Shown here: in pieces, positions 13,201 through 26,249 of the stretch
Numbering within the stretch: the stretch's first letter is position 1
Layout of the letters: the number at the start of each line of letters is the position of its first letter
Assembly (NCBI GenBank): GCA_963575745.1
Contig: CAUYUJ010000126.1
Location: 248,001-312,000, forward strand
Reading direction: 5' to 3'
Length of the DNA: 64,000 nt
DNA from: Prorocentrum cordatum
Lineage: Eukaryota
Program-made: the position numbers and the translations under genes
The notes under the pieces: generated by a model
Databases searched by the model: none
Seen by the model: only the letters and a program-made list of their open reading frames with translations
What the model was told of the DNA's origin: nothing

Positions 13201-13379
13201 ATGCGGCGCCAAGGCGAGACCACTAGTTAGAAAACAATCCGCCCTCCTTCTTTCAAAGGCTGTTGCACATTTCGATACATGATCATAAATGGTGAAGAAG
13301 TCTGAAGCAAAAAACGCCCCGCCCGCCCTACGGACACGTCTGGGGGTGCGACATGGAAGAGAGATCGATCAGAAATCAG

Positions 13380-13888
13380 ACTGAGGATGAGGATGGGGAT
13401 GGGAACGAGGAGGAAGAGGAGGAGAAGAGGGAGAACGAGGAGGAGGAGGAGAAGGAGGAGGAGGAGAAAGAGGAGGAGGAGGAGGAGAACAAGATGGAGG
13501 GGAGCGATAGGGATGCGGACGAGGAGGAGGAAGAGGAGGAAGAGGAGGAGGAAAAGGAGGATGCGGAAAAAACAGGATGACTGGGACAAGGAGGAGGGAG
13601 AGGAGGAGGACGAGGAGTAAGAAGGGGACGAGGAGGAGGAGGGGGAGGAGGGGGGCGGAGGAGGAGGAGGTGAGAGAGGAGGAGGAGGAGGAAACAATGA
13701 AAAGTAGGGACCGGCGGAGGATTAGGAGGAAGAGGAGGATGATGAGGAGGAGGAGGATAAGGAGGCGGATGAGGAGGAAAAGGAGGAGGAGGAGGAAACG
13801 GAGGAGGAGGAGGAGGAGAAGGAAGAAGAGGGGCAGGATGAGGAAGTAACGCGGAGGAGGAGGACGAGGAGGAGGAGGAGGAGGAAGA
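13380..13888. repeat. Degenerate (GAG)n microsatellite, 3' flank of the minus-strand LINE
   Basis: Direct reading. Confidence 0.95.
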
Positions 13889-16800
13889 TGACACCCCATG
13901 GCTTGACAAAGCAGGCAAAAAAGGGAGGAGGATTGTTTGCAACATCGGCGCAGAGGATGACTGCACGAACGACTGTGCATGCTCGGGCAGGTTGCAGTGA
14001 GGTCGGGCAACGCTCGAGACTCACATCCCCAGGGTGTAACCGAGTTGCGAAGCCTACGTGCCCACCGCAGGCAAACAGCCTGGGGCGAAACGGACGGCGC
14101 AAGAGAAGACAGCCACGCTGCGCGGGAGGCCTTTGCAAATCTTCCAGGACATCGTCGACGAACTGCACAGCTGCCTTGCAGGATGTAAATCCAATTGTAC
14201 CGGCGTCCTCGCATCCTGTGATCGGACAGCGACAGGTTCAGACGCGGGCAGTGTTTGCCCAACTCCGTCACCCTGCCTCCAGTGCTATAGAACTTGCACC
14301 GCGTGCAAACCGCTATAAACGGGCCGCCCGAGCAGTCGAAAGCAACAATCTTGTGCCCCAGCTCCTGAAGAGTCTGGGACTTAGACCGCGCAGGCCGTCG
14401 GGGCGAGCACGTGGCCCAGCGGGGGGTCGCTCAACGCTCGAGCCCCTTAGACAGAGACTGCATTGCCAAGATCTCCCAAACGCGTGCTTGTCCGCAGCCA
14501 GGCGGCTGGCACCGCCAGCAAGACTTCACGCAGAGCGCGCCTTGGAGGTTTGATCTGGACCACCGCGGGAGCACGTGCGCAGCCATCTTCGCGACTTGCC
14601 GCGCAATGATAATCTTCCTCGCCAAAGCGAGCACTTCCTCCGTCGACGGTCTGGGATGCTGTTCGCGGCCTAAGTTGGCCAGGCAATCAGCGTGATAGTT
14701 GCCTAGGCGCAATCGGTATTCTGCCTCGGGCAAGCTGTCGTCAAGCGTTTGGTGCGCACGCGCCTTACATGGATGGCTGACAAACTGCTGTCAGCCTGAG
14801 AGAGCTTGCAACGTGAACCCTGCATGCGCGCTTGCGAGACAGCGCGAGAGGTCTGGCCATCTGCCAATGGTTGACGACCGATTGGCAATCTGAGAAAATC
14901 GTGGTGGGGCCCGCCAGCATATACACCACGGCAGCGACAATCCCGCACTCGGGCCACTGGGGCGTCTGGGACCAGAGGGCCCACAGAGGAGCAAACAACT
15001 CAGCCCCAATGGGGCCATCGGGTTTCAAAACCACACCTCCACAGCCAACCCTGGACAGTTAGTTCACGGACCGGGTGTGAGTGGCTGGGCCCGTCGATGA
15101 ACAGGTCCCCGGAAAGCTCTAACCCTCCTGCTCCTGCGCTGTTTGTCCCCCTGCGGCATAACATTCAGAAATGACGCCGCCATCGGTCAGAGGTCTAGGC
15201 CAGTGGCCCCCTGGGTGCCGGAACAAGCTACGGGAGAAGAGCATGACATCCTCGGTTGAGGTCGCCTCCGCGGCCTCGGCGCAATATTTCCTGCGCTTCT
15301 CCCCTAAAATATCGCCCCTCTCCTCCTGGCATCTCGTGCATGGCCGCGGGCAGTGCAGGAGAGAATCCTCGGCCGCCCCGCGCCGCTCGCACAAAACGCT
15401 GTCGACCTGGTAGCCGAGGGCCTGCGCGCGCACCGGCGCCCAGACGGAGATGGCGGCGGCGCCCCTGATGCAGCCCCTCTGCAGAGGCGTGCACTTGGAC
15501 GACGACGCCGCCGTCTTCATGGTATCAAGATATGCCCTGCCATCGATCCCCCAGTTATCAGCCACGTTCCTCTCCGACGCCCGAATGACGGCCTGCTTCA
15601 GCGGTGCCCCTGCCAGCTGTGGCGCAGCGAGGGTGAGTGAGGTCGGGTTGCCGAAATCGTCGACGACATCTGCGAACGGCTCCATCGTCCAACCCTTCTG
15701 GCTAAAGGAAGGCGCAGCGCTGCCATGGGACCTGCTACTTTCCGCCAAGTGACCGAACGAGATTGTCTGCAGGCCGCCCCCCATCCAGTCCAGAGCCCAT
15801 GCTATGAGAGAGCCCCTTCGGACAACCGAGCATGTCTATACCAAATCTCCTGGCCGTCGCGAACAGCGACGCCCGCCGATCCAAACCGAGCAAAATCGCC
15901 CTCTAAAACCATCATCCCAGGCAACGAGATCAGCCCAGCCGGTGGTTTAATCGTCGAAGCGGCCCCCCTACGAACCTGCGGCAATTCGTGATCCGACATC
16001 CCGAAGACAACGCAACAGCGAAAACTCATGGCATACAACAAACCCGCACGGATGTGCATACGCTTGCCGGTAAACATCTGCTGGCGCTGGAGCCGCCTGA
16101 CCTTCCTCTTGAGAAAGGCCATGCGGGCGCCGAACTTGTTGGACCGACCTGCTTGTCGCCTGGCCAGCCCAGCAGTGGCATCAACGCTTAGGATCGCCGT
16201 GGCCACGAGGCGAGGCCCCGCAAGGGCCCCAAGATGATCCTGGATGGCCTTAGCTACCGCCGCGCTGGATGAGATCATGGCAATCTTACCTGCGGGGATC
16301 CTCGCCTCCATGTCAATCGCGATGACATGGTGTTCAAAATCAGCAGCAGCACAAATGTCCCGCGCAACTCGGATCTTGCGGGCCAACAGACGTGAACACG
16401 CTGTCATCAATAAAGGTATATCGAGCCGTACTGTGTCGTATCGTAGCCATAACCTTGTCATAGGCCTCCAAAGCGGATGCGCGTACATGCGCGGTAGCGA
16501 AAGAGCAGCAAACCACGACCCCTCTGGCCACAACCACGGACCGTCGTTCAAACCAGCAATTGAAGCATAGCGCGGAGCACGGTAAGCAACCAACGTAATA
16601 TAACATACGGCAGGAAGAAGCCCTTGTCGAAGGGCGGGACAAACTAAACAGTTCATTGTATTCGTGCATGTCCCACAAAAGTCCTGCCGCCACCTCCCCG
16701 TCTGAAGCGCCCTGCTCCGCTCTGAGGGCTTGCCTCCGCGCGAGTTCCAGTGCTCCGCGGTGGTACCCAGCCGCGAAGTGGGACCTCTCATGATTTAGCC

Positions 16801-19800
16801 CCCACTGGAGTCCGCGCGGCCTGCGGGCCATGCCCCAAGGCCTGCGCAGACAACAGGAAACACCGATGGGGCGCCATTCTGCTTGCACGTCGGAGAGGAG
16901 GGCGATGAAGACGACGTGGGGCTGAGGCGAAAGGGGGCCCAGTAATTCCACGAGGTAGATGATGATAGAGACGACCCCCGGACTATCATCGCAGAGTAAG
17001 GCGTAGTGCTGCACGTGGAAGCCATCCACACCTACCGCAATGCACGCTTTGCGTTGCTTTGGAAGGATCCCGATGGCATCCGGGTCCAAGAGGAAGGGAC
17101 ACGCGCGTCCTACGCGGGCTTCTAGCTTGCGGCTCACTGGAAGCCTCCCAGTAGTAAGCCCCAGGCTTGTCACTCTCGCTACTCAACATCGCCAGCGGGT
17201 CCGAAGCCGCACAACCTCCCGCCGACAACGTGGCAGTCGGAGTCCAAGCCGCACGATCTCTGAGAACGCTGCGTGCTCGCTTCCCACCTTGGTCTAATGG
17301 TGGCCTCGAGAGCTTCGGAGGCGTCGTTGCCAAGGTCCTTAACGTCGTGAGCCAAGACGTCCGACAGAGGGACCGACTGGTCCCAATTGTACAGGAAACC
17401 TGTAAGCCGCCTAAAGACACGCAGAATCGCCCATGCTGGCACCGATGTTTCCAGGGATATCACACAACTCACCCAAAAGACGCAAACCCACATCTCCAAG
17501 CCTGCCGACAAATGCACCGTCCCAGGCTCAGCAACCTGGCACTGAGCAGACGGGCGCAGTAAAGTTCAGGATGCCTCCGCTGGTTGTCTTTGTTGGCCGA
17601 ACTCTTCCAGCGCGTCTGAGGGTTCTCGCCTTTAGTTCCGCACTGCGGAAGGGTGGCCCCAGAAACCGGACGCAACTCTTGATCGGAAGTGTTTGCCCAA
17701 GACTTGTAAAGAGCATTCAAAAACATCTGGGCCTCATCGATAGAGCCAGCGCCCGCTGCGCGAACAGCGCGACGCCCCATCTGAACGACATCGTCCCACA
17801 TGGGAGGTTCGGGACTGGGTCCAATCGGAGCTTCAATTGGCAGCGGCGGAGGCCGTCGAATCGAATGCCTGCAATTGCGCGAGCCTGGGTGGAAATGCAA
17901 GTCGACTGGGCAGCGCGGGGAAAATCGGCACCCGCGTTCACCTGGATTTCCCGAACGCCATTCGCCGGGCCAGCGGCGCCCAAGAGAAATCGCACTTGGT
18001 CGGAGGCTTCGCCATAAAATAGCGTCAAGCGCCAAACTCTGACCCTGGAGCGGCGTGCCGATATCCGCATTGTCCAGGTCCTCAGGTAGCAGGTTGAAGT
18101 CACCACCTACGAGCGCACCTCCTTCAGCTACCGACATACGTCGCCCCAAACTCGAGGATATCTAGGCGGGCGTCAGAGAGGCCCACCGACGTCGACAAAT
18201 CACACGAGAGAACCGCCGTATAATACCCCCAGGAGGGTGCGCATAGCCAACAATAACTCTATGAGAAACCACTTGAGAACCTTCGGGAGGTGCGCGGGGC
18301 CCCGTGCAGTCCCAGGCCAGGATAGCCACGCCCCCAGACACTCCAGGGCCCTGACCAGGGGCCGCTGGTTCCCAAAAGGCCGCGCCATCCTCGAGCCGAG
18401 CATCGCCAGGGAGCCCTTTTGACGGGGTCCCCGGCGCGCACCATGCGCTCCCCAACGAGCACCACGTGGGCCTTGGGGAGCGCGATCCAATCCTGCATGG
18501 GGCCCCCAGCCGTTCCCATCGACCGTCTGAACGCGCAAGGAAAGCTGCTCCAGGGGGGGGCGGGCGGGCTCCAAGGCCCGAGCTCGGGGGGCGGTAAGAT
18601 CACGCTTTCCGCCCGCGACAGCTCTCGGGATGGAGCGCGGGGCGGCGGGGCTCTCGGAGGGTCGACCCTGGCGGCCCTTGCGCGCGAGATCTCCCCCCCC
18701 CCCGTCGTGCCTTCGCGACGCTTAAAAAATTGCGACGACGCTTCCGACGCCACCGGGACTTGCCGATCGAGGCCACGGCGTCGAGCTGATTTAAAAGCCC
18801 CCCTCAAGCCAAGAAGCTGCTGCGTTGTAATCAGGTGCCCTTTCCCCCCGCCACGGAAGCAGCGGGGGTGGGTGCGTGGGCAACTGCTTCCCAGCTCTGG
18901 CTCGCACATATGCCGGCGACTCCTGCTGCGCTGCCTGCGCTGCCGAAGCCGAGTCGGGCGTGGCTGGCGCCTGGGCCTCAGAGGCTGAAGCGCCTCCTCC
19001 ACCTGGCGTAGCTGGCGCTGGAACACCCTCGGCACCTCCACCGTTGGAGCGTCGCCCTTGCCGCCCCGGGGACCGACGCGCCGCCGCTTCGACTGCAATC
19101 GACCCATGTGGTCAGTATGGGGCTGCTTGACATCTTGAGCTTGTTTGACACAGGGGCTCCGGCAAGTCGGTCGCCAACTTCTTGCTTCGCCAAGATGCTG
19201 CTTCCTCCGCTCGATCTCGTCGAAGTCGGACAGCCGCAACTCCGTCTCCAAAGGGGCGTCGGCCACCAGCTCGCCAAGGTCGATGAAATCGACAAAATCG
19301 AAGGACCTGTCGACAAGCTGCGTGCGCCTGAGGGCGGTCTGGGTGGTCTTCTTCGCGGCCTGCTGCGTCGCCTTGAGCTCCTCCACGTCACTCTTGTACT
19401 TCGTGTCTGCCTGGTTCAAGCCCCGCGCGAGGGACCGGGTGCATTCGCATTGCTTGAGAACTGCGGTCTGCCAGCGCTCGAGCTTCGCAATCTCCAAGGC
19501 GATATTCTTGTCGATGCGACCAACTGCTGCGTGGCTCTGCTGAATCCGCTGATTAACAGGGGTCGCTGGCAGGTTCTCCTCGTGGAGCTGGCTCGCATGG
19601 GCGGCGCCCTTCGCCGCCGCCGTAGCTTGCGAGACAGCGCGGCAAGCTGACGAGGCGAGCTGCGGTGAAGCTCCCACCTCGAGAGGAGCAGGTGGGACGC
19701 CGCTGCCTGGCCCCTCGCCGCCATGCCCCGCAGTTCCATCCGCGCACCTTTTGCCTCCAACGTGCCCGCCGCCCCCTTCTGCGCCTCACGAGGCATGCGC

Positions 19801-20199
19801 GGGGGCGAGGGGAGGCCGCGCGCCAGGGGGCGCACCGAGAACCCATGTCTCCTTCGGGCAAGGCGGGGCGCTGGAGCTCGGCTCGGTGAGGGCAGCCCCG
19901 CAGCGCTTGCAGAACCTCGCCTTGTTCTCGTTATTGGAACAGCCGCATGTCGCGCGCTCGGGCCATCCTTGCCAGTCGCTCCCCGCTGACCGTGCCAGGC
20001 GCGGGAGTCGTGGCCGCGCCACTGACCTCCGCCCCCCCCGTTGCCCCCGCTGCCGTCGCGCCGGGGGTGTCCCATGAAAGAACGACTGAGCGCCGAGCCA
20101 GGCTCGCCCGCTGGCGCCGCGCCGTTCCGAAGTGAACGCCAATGATCGCAGGTGGGGAATGCAGTCCGCCGCGCGAGACCTGCGCCAGATCGGCTAGGG
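13889..20199 (-). mobile_element. Full-length but decayed LINE (Zn-finger ORF1, APE, RT, zf-RVT, RNase H) with relic SL at its 5' end
   Basis: In order on the minus strand: CGCSNNENKARFCKRCG (~19900-19950); coiled coil; APE SGGVAILAW and LVGGDFNL (~18100); RT AVGVDG, WRPIG, LLWDMHEY and FIDD (16403-16414); CERRGAAEDSLLH; RNase H LFIDG (~15095), IFSDCQSVV and GNYHADCLA. 20179-20199 reads ccctagccgatctggcgcagg, 15/21 identical to DinoSL. Confidence 0.88.
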
Positions 20200-20362
20200 G
20201 AGGAAGAGGAGGGGGCGGATGAGGAGAAGGAGGAGGAGGAAGAGGAGGAAGAGGAGGAGGATGGGGGGGGAGGAGGGGGAGGAGGAGGAGAAGCAACAGA
20301 AGCAGGAGCAGGAGCAGGAGGAGGATGGGGGAGGGGCAGGAGGGGGAGGAAGGAGGGGGAGG
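20200..20362. repeat. (GAG)n microsatellite, 5' flank of the minus-strand LINE
   Basis: Direct reading. Confidence 0.95.
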
Positions 20363-20559
20363 AAGGGTTCCAATTCCTCCGCCGCAGCGCAATGCAAGCA
20401 AGGCGCCGCAGCGGGGGGGGGGGTGAGCGGTGGGCGGCGCCGCCAGCGACACCGCCGGGTCGGGGCGCGCCCGCGCCGTCTGCGCCCCCCCTGCCCATCG
20501 CGCTGCGCCCGTCCGTGACGCGGCTGCGCGGGCCCCCGAGATTCGCGGCCGCTGCCCAT

Positions 20560-23250
20560 CCAGCCAAGGAGCTGGCGTTGCACTCTGCTTCCCGCTGGTG
20601 GCGCCACCGAGCAGGAACTGGCGCGCCGGGAGCAGCGGCCGCGAAAGCCCGAGCCAGCCGCCGAGCGCACTGCTGCCGATGCGCCCCCGCTCCTAGCGAG
20701 TCGCCCCGAGGCCGCTTGTGATTCGGCCGAGCTGGCTGCGAGGTGCTTGACGTCGTTCTCCTCCTCGGCCGTGGCGTCGTCTTCGTTCTTGCCTGGCTGC
20801 TTAGCCCAGAGAGCCGCCGCTGCTGCGTTCTCTGTCGGCAGCGCTGCTGGCGCGGCTGGTGGCCCGGGCGCTGGCGGACGGTCCTGGTCCACTTGCGCTT
20901 CTTGCGGGCCTCCTTCGCAGCCGGCAGCACCTGCTTCTCGAGCTCCTGGACCTTGGTATCGACGTCCGCCGTGGCCTTCGCTGCTTGCTCGCAAAGCTCG
21001 GCTTGATCTTCGGCGATGGCGTGCGTGGCCGATTCCTCGAGCTCGTCGAGGTCCGGCGCCGAGGTGGCCTCCCGCGCGACGGTGGCGGCCGCGGCGGGGC
21101 CCTCGCCGGCGGCGCTGAGGTGTTTGGACTCGCGCCAGGGCGCGAGCGGATGGGTGTGATTGTGGCTGTGCGTGCCCTTAGGGGCCTGCCCGACAGCGCG
21201 CTGCGCCCAGTCTGGCAGCGCGCGCGCCCCGAGGCTGCGGCGGCGAGGGGGAACGTCGCAGATGTCGCACCTGTAGAGTGGCTGGCCGCGGCCCTTAATG
21301 GCGAGGACCGACTCATGTTCGACGAACTGAAGCGGGCGCATCCTGGGGCCGCCGCTTCCTCTCAGGCCCCCGCCCCCAACCCCGCCCTCTTCTCGCCCGA
21401 AGGAAACGTTGTGGATTGGGGGGCTGCTGACCTTTCGGGATCTGATGTTGTCATGGACGGTTCAGCCTTTCGCCTCGCGATTCGCGCGCTTTCCAGGGCC
21501 GCGAATTACTGGGTTTTCCTGGGGCCATGGGATGCAATCGCGGCTTGCGCTAAAGGCGCGGATCTTGGTGCCGCCTCCAGAGAGTGCCAGCTTCACCGTG
21601 GGCATCGGCACGCAGGTCCGCGACGTGGAGCGCATCTCGATGGGACGGGGCCCGTGCCCGCAGTGCATCATGCGCCTGCTAACCGCAGCCGTGAAGCCAT
21701 TGACGCTTGATCCGCGCACTACTGACGCATCGGAGCCGGCAACTAGAATGCGGGCGTTTGGGCCTAGCAAGCTCTCCTTCTTCACCCCCTCCCACTGCGC
21801 ATGAGGCCGAGGTGGGCGCGCAGTGTGACCAGTGCTTGTGGCGAGGGTGGCCGGCATTGCTGCCTTCCCACCCGGCGCGTTCGAACGTCGCCCGAAGGAT
21901 CTGAGGGCCAAGTTGTTACATCTGGAGTTGACATGTCTAGCAATAACTAGGTCTCGGGCGTGCCCGCTGCTTGCACCGCCTCCAACTCTCCTCGGGTGTG
22001 GCGGAGCGGACCATGTTAGGATGTAAGAGCCCAAACAACGCCTGGCGCGGGATCCTTGACCGCTCTTCGGGCCACTCCTTGGCCCGCTACACCGTTGAAA
22101 GATGCAGCCGGCAATTGCCCTTTTTTTCCGGCGCGACGCGTGGAGCATGCTCGCCCGCGCGTTGCCGCATGCTCGGTCGCAAATGCTCGCGGAAGAAACT
22201 CTCTACTGCTCAAGCGGCGTTTCGTCTTAATTTTCAGGGGTCTACCCGCGCCACCGTGACAAGTCCACGGTCTCACGAGGCGCGGAATTGCGTTCTTTCG
22301 TCATGCTGCCCAGCAGCAACCACCTCGCGATGTGAGCCTGCCAGCCTCGCCCGCTGGTCAGATGCTCCAGGGATGGTGGCGTTGCAGGCTCGGACTCAGG
22401 CTCGCGAGGCAGCGGCGGTGGCAAGGACTGCCGCGCCGCCCCCGAGCGGTGCTAGTCGATGAATCGTCGCGAAAAGACGCGACGCGTCAGCGTTTTGCTG
22501 CTCCAAGCTGGGAACTATGTTTGACGATGTAACGGACCAGTCCCAGATCGCCGGTGGAAGCTCTCCGGCGGGTCGACCTGGTGGCTCGGGAGAGAGAGAG
22601 AGAGCGCGTGAGCGGCGTCCAGCAACGCTCTGGACTGGGCGGGGCCTGCCCCGTGCGGGACCCTGGCCTTGCGCAGCTCCGAAAGAGATGCGCGCCAGGA
22701 GGCCTCAGACGCTGCCCGCGCTGCCGCTGCTGGCGCCGCCTTGCGGCAGTGGCTGGAGGTCGTTAAAAACATACTCCGCGCCAGGGATTCCTCAGTGAGG
22801 ACTCCTCACGAAGGACTCCTCGATGAAGATCCCTGCGTAAGGATTCCTTCGTCAGACTTCCTGCGGCTGCCGCTGGCGCTGCCGTAAGAGGCCCCTTGCC
22901 GCTGCCGCCCTGGCGCTGCCCGCGCCCCTCGGCCGTGGACTTGCCGCCGCCGCCCCCCCGCGGTGGCGGCCGTGCCGTTCGCGCACGCGCGCGCCATCGG
23001 GCGGAGGCGGCGTGGCGGCGCGCGCGCGAGGTCGTGCCCCTGCACCCATCGCACCGAACTGTCTTCGCGAAATCGCACCGGCAGTGGTAGCCGTCGCAGG
23101 AGACGAAGAGGCAGGCCGCCCCCAGCTCCTGCCGCCCTGCGCCGGGCTGCAGCAGAGCGTGCGCGGGCACGAGAGAGAGAGAGAGAGAGAGAGAGACTGC
23201 TCACCCGCAGGCCGCGGGGAGCAGGCAGGCGCAGGGGCGGACCAGCAGCT
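20560..23250. mobile_element. Scrambled mosaic of LINE fragments of the same superfamily
   Basis: Minus strand: ORF1-like Cys motif FVSCDGYHCRCDFAKTVRCDGC (~23040-23105), coiled coils ending KEARKKRK, and YRCDICD. Plus strand: RNase H start VVMDGSAF (~21447-21470). Confidence 0.55.
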
Positions 23251-23865
23251 GCGAGGAGGAGGAGGAGGAGGAGGAGGAGGAGGAGGAGGAGGAGGAGGAG
23301 GAGGAGGAGGAGGAGGAGGAGGAGGAGGAGGAGGAGGAGGAGGAGGAGGAGGAGGGAGGAGGAGGAGGAGGAGGAGGAGGAGGAGGAGGAGGAGGAGGCG
23401 GAGGAGGAGGAGGAGGAGGGGAGGAGGGGAGGAGGAGGAGGAGGGAGGGAGGAGGATAGGAGGAGGGAGGGATGGAGGGAGGAGGAAAAGGAGGGAGAGG
23501 AGGGAGGGATGGAGGGAGGAGGGAGGGAGGAGGGAGGGAAGAGGGAGGAACAGGAGGATGAGAAAGAGGCGGAGGAGCAGGAGGGGAAGGAGGAGGAAAA
23601 CGGGGACGCCCGAGGAAAAGGACCGAGGAGGAGGAGGAGGATGAGGAGGAGGAGGAGGACCGAGAGAGGAGGAGGATTCCGCAAGATTCGCAAGGCCTGG
23701 GCGTCAACGACCAGAGAAAATAATGACTGCGGCGACGGGTGTCTCTTCCCCCCCCTCGACCTGTTTGGAGAGGAAGAGGAGGAGAGGAAGAGGAGGAGGA
23801 GGAGGCTGAGGACGACGAGAATAAGGAAGGGAGGCGGGAAGAGGGAGGGAGGGAGGACGGACATC
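23251..23865. repeat. Long (GAG)n microsatellite
   Basis: Pure tract at 23251-23353, then degenerate. Confidence 0.97.
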
Positions 23866-23869
23866 AGAT

Positions 23870-24219
23870 GAGATGAACACTTCGGGCGGCAAAAACAAAG
23901 CAAGCCAGCATGGGAATGCAAGGATGAAACCCGAACCCCATGATGGGGGAGGGGCGAAATCCCAGGACACTCTTACGTCAGCCTATCCTATCTTACACAC
24001 GTCGTAGGTCCAAAGCCAAGGCGGGCTCCAGAACCTTGGCCGACCCTTACTGATAAGACGGGCACTGGCTTTCGCCAACATGCTTCCAAGCGGCATTGGC
24101 GCGGTAGGATGTGCAGTCATCACTACACTGTGCCTCTAAGTTAACAGGCTGACCATCGATCGTGTAGCTTCCACAGCTGCTACATCTTACAACAAGTCTG
24201 TCATCAAAAGCGGTGAGAT

Positions 24220-24258
<39 letters not shown>

Positions 24259-24650
24259 ACAACGTGTGACCATTGGGGTGACAACGTATCTAGCTCCCTC
24301 AACCGCTCTAGGAATCCATGGCATCTCCCTTCAGGCGCTGCTGTGCAGAGGGGTCGGACCGCTCCCGGGCAAGAAGAATCACAGCCCTGGCCACATACAT
24401 GAGATACTCACAGAGGGCCTTGCTTTCAACAAAGGTCTCTTCTAATTCCTGGCTGGAGGGACGATTATGGCTGAGGAACCCCGGCTTGTTTTACGACAGC
24501 ATCCGCCGCCGCGTTCTCTACAGCCATTCTCCATTCATCCGAGCCCCGGTATAGATTCGCATGACCTTTGGTCTTCACGACCCCCGCGTTACAAGCACGC
24601 CTACCAAGAGCTAGCAAGTGTAATCCTGCATGGTAGGACCTCCTGTTGTA
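23870..24650 (-). mobile_element. 5'-truncated 3' end of a LINE (RNase H C-terminus and Zn finger) between GAG tracts
   Basis: VVKTKGHAN...ENAAADAVVK (~24580-24490) and RCSSCGSYT...LEAQC (24047-24262). A (TA)n tract lies at 24223-24256. Confidence 0.7.
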
Positions 24651-26249
24651 CAGCTTAAGCGGTGGGAAGGGGGAGCGAGGAGGGGAGGAGGACGAGGAAG
24701 CGGAAGAGGAGGGAGGGAGGGAGGGAGAGGGAGGGAGGGAGAGAGGGAGGGAGAGAGGGAGGGAGGAAGCAGCAGGAAGGGTGAAGGCGGACGGCGGCGA
24801 CGGCGACGGGGCGGGCGGGGAAGGGCGCGCTTCGCCACGGCAAGCCCCTCACCGTCTCCCACAGGTCCCTCGGCTCGGGCAGGCCGGGTATCAGGCTGGA
24901 CTGACACCTCCGCGAGGGGCAGGGGGAGGGGGCCCCAGGCCCCTGGCGTCTGGAGCAGCACCAGGGCGGAGGTCACTCCACAACTCGTCTGGGATGAAAA
25001 ACGCCGGCAGGGGACAACGGGCAAAGACAGGTACAAAAACAGCACGGCATCGGGTGTGGAGCGGAGAGGGTCGAGGCACAAAGCGTTTGGACGCTTGGGC
25101 TCTTTTGAAGCCTTGGGAGCCCCCCCGGGAGCCTCTGTGGACCTCCAAAACCTCTCGGGGTCTTGGGGTACATTTCGGAAGAGAAGAGGGGTAGGGAGAA
25201 GACGAAGGAGGCGAGGAGAGAAGGAAACAACAACGATGTGGTAACAATCCCACAAGCCGCGTGGGATTACTTGGTTTAGCGGACTCGTTCCTCCAGCTCT
25301 CGTCCTCCACTTCGGGTAAAACCCCTTCCCCTAACCCCTCCCCTGGGTCTGGGCGGCCCCCACCCTCCCCTCCCACACCCACCTCCTCCCTTCACGCACT
25401 CTCCCCCCCTCCCCGCCCGCTCCCCCCCCTCCTCCACCTCCCCCTCCCCTCCTCTCCCTTCACTCCCCCAAATCCACTTCCCCGTCACCGTCCAACCCCC
25501 CGTCCCCCGCCCCCCCCTCCCGAATCCCACCAGCCCTCTGGGCACACCCTCCCCCCACCCTCCCCCCTCCCCTACATCTTGGCGGTCTGCCCCTCGACGC
25601 GTTCCCTGATGGCTCCAAGATGTTCCTCCTCCTCCTCCTTCTCCTCTGCCCCCTCCTCCTCCTCCTCCTCCTACTCCTCCTCCTTCTCCTCCCTGCGCGC
25701 GCAGAGTGCGCCCATGAGAGAGCGCCCATGACAATGTCCAAGATGGAAGAGGGCTGTGCACGGTGGCTTCCAGCATGCTCCAGCAGGCCCCAAGACCGTT
25801 CCGAGACGGCCCACTTTGGCCACGGAGCCTCCCGAGGACGCCGGGACGACCCCCGTGCGGCTCAGAAGTGGCCACGGAGCGTCCCGACGGGGCGCGGATA
25901 GGGCCTCAGCGACCTCCAGATGGCCCCCAAACGGCTCCAAGATGGCTCCAGGAAGCTGCCAGAACGAGAGGTCCGCAATAGCAGTTATGGCTGAATCGTC
26001 GTCGTCGTCGCCGCCGCCGCACTCTTTCCAAAATCCTTTGCTTCCTCCTCCTCCTCATCCTCCTCTTCCCCATCACTCCCATCTCCTCCTCCTCCTCCTC
26101 CTCCTCCTCCTCCTTTTCCCCATCACTCCCATCTCCTCCTCCTCTCCTCTCCTCCTCCTCCTCCTCCTCCTCCTCCTCCTCCTCCTTCTCCTCTGCCTCC
26201 CACCTAAAGTGCACAAAAAACATTGAGTGGGAGCGCGATCCGTGAAACT

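Noticed and set aside
13227..13966. Poly-E/R/P/S/L ORFs here and at 22963-23871, 57552-60818 and 63222-63992
   Set aside because: Translations of microsatellites.
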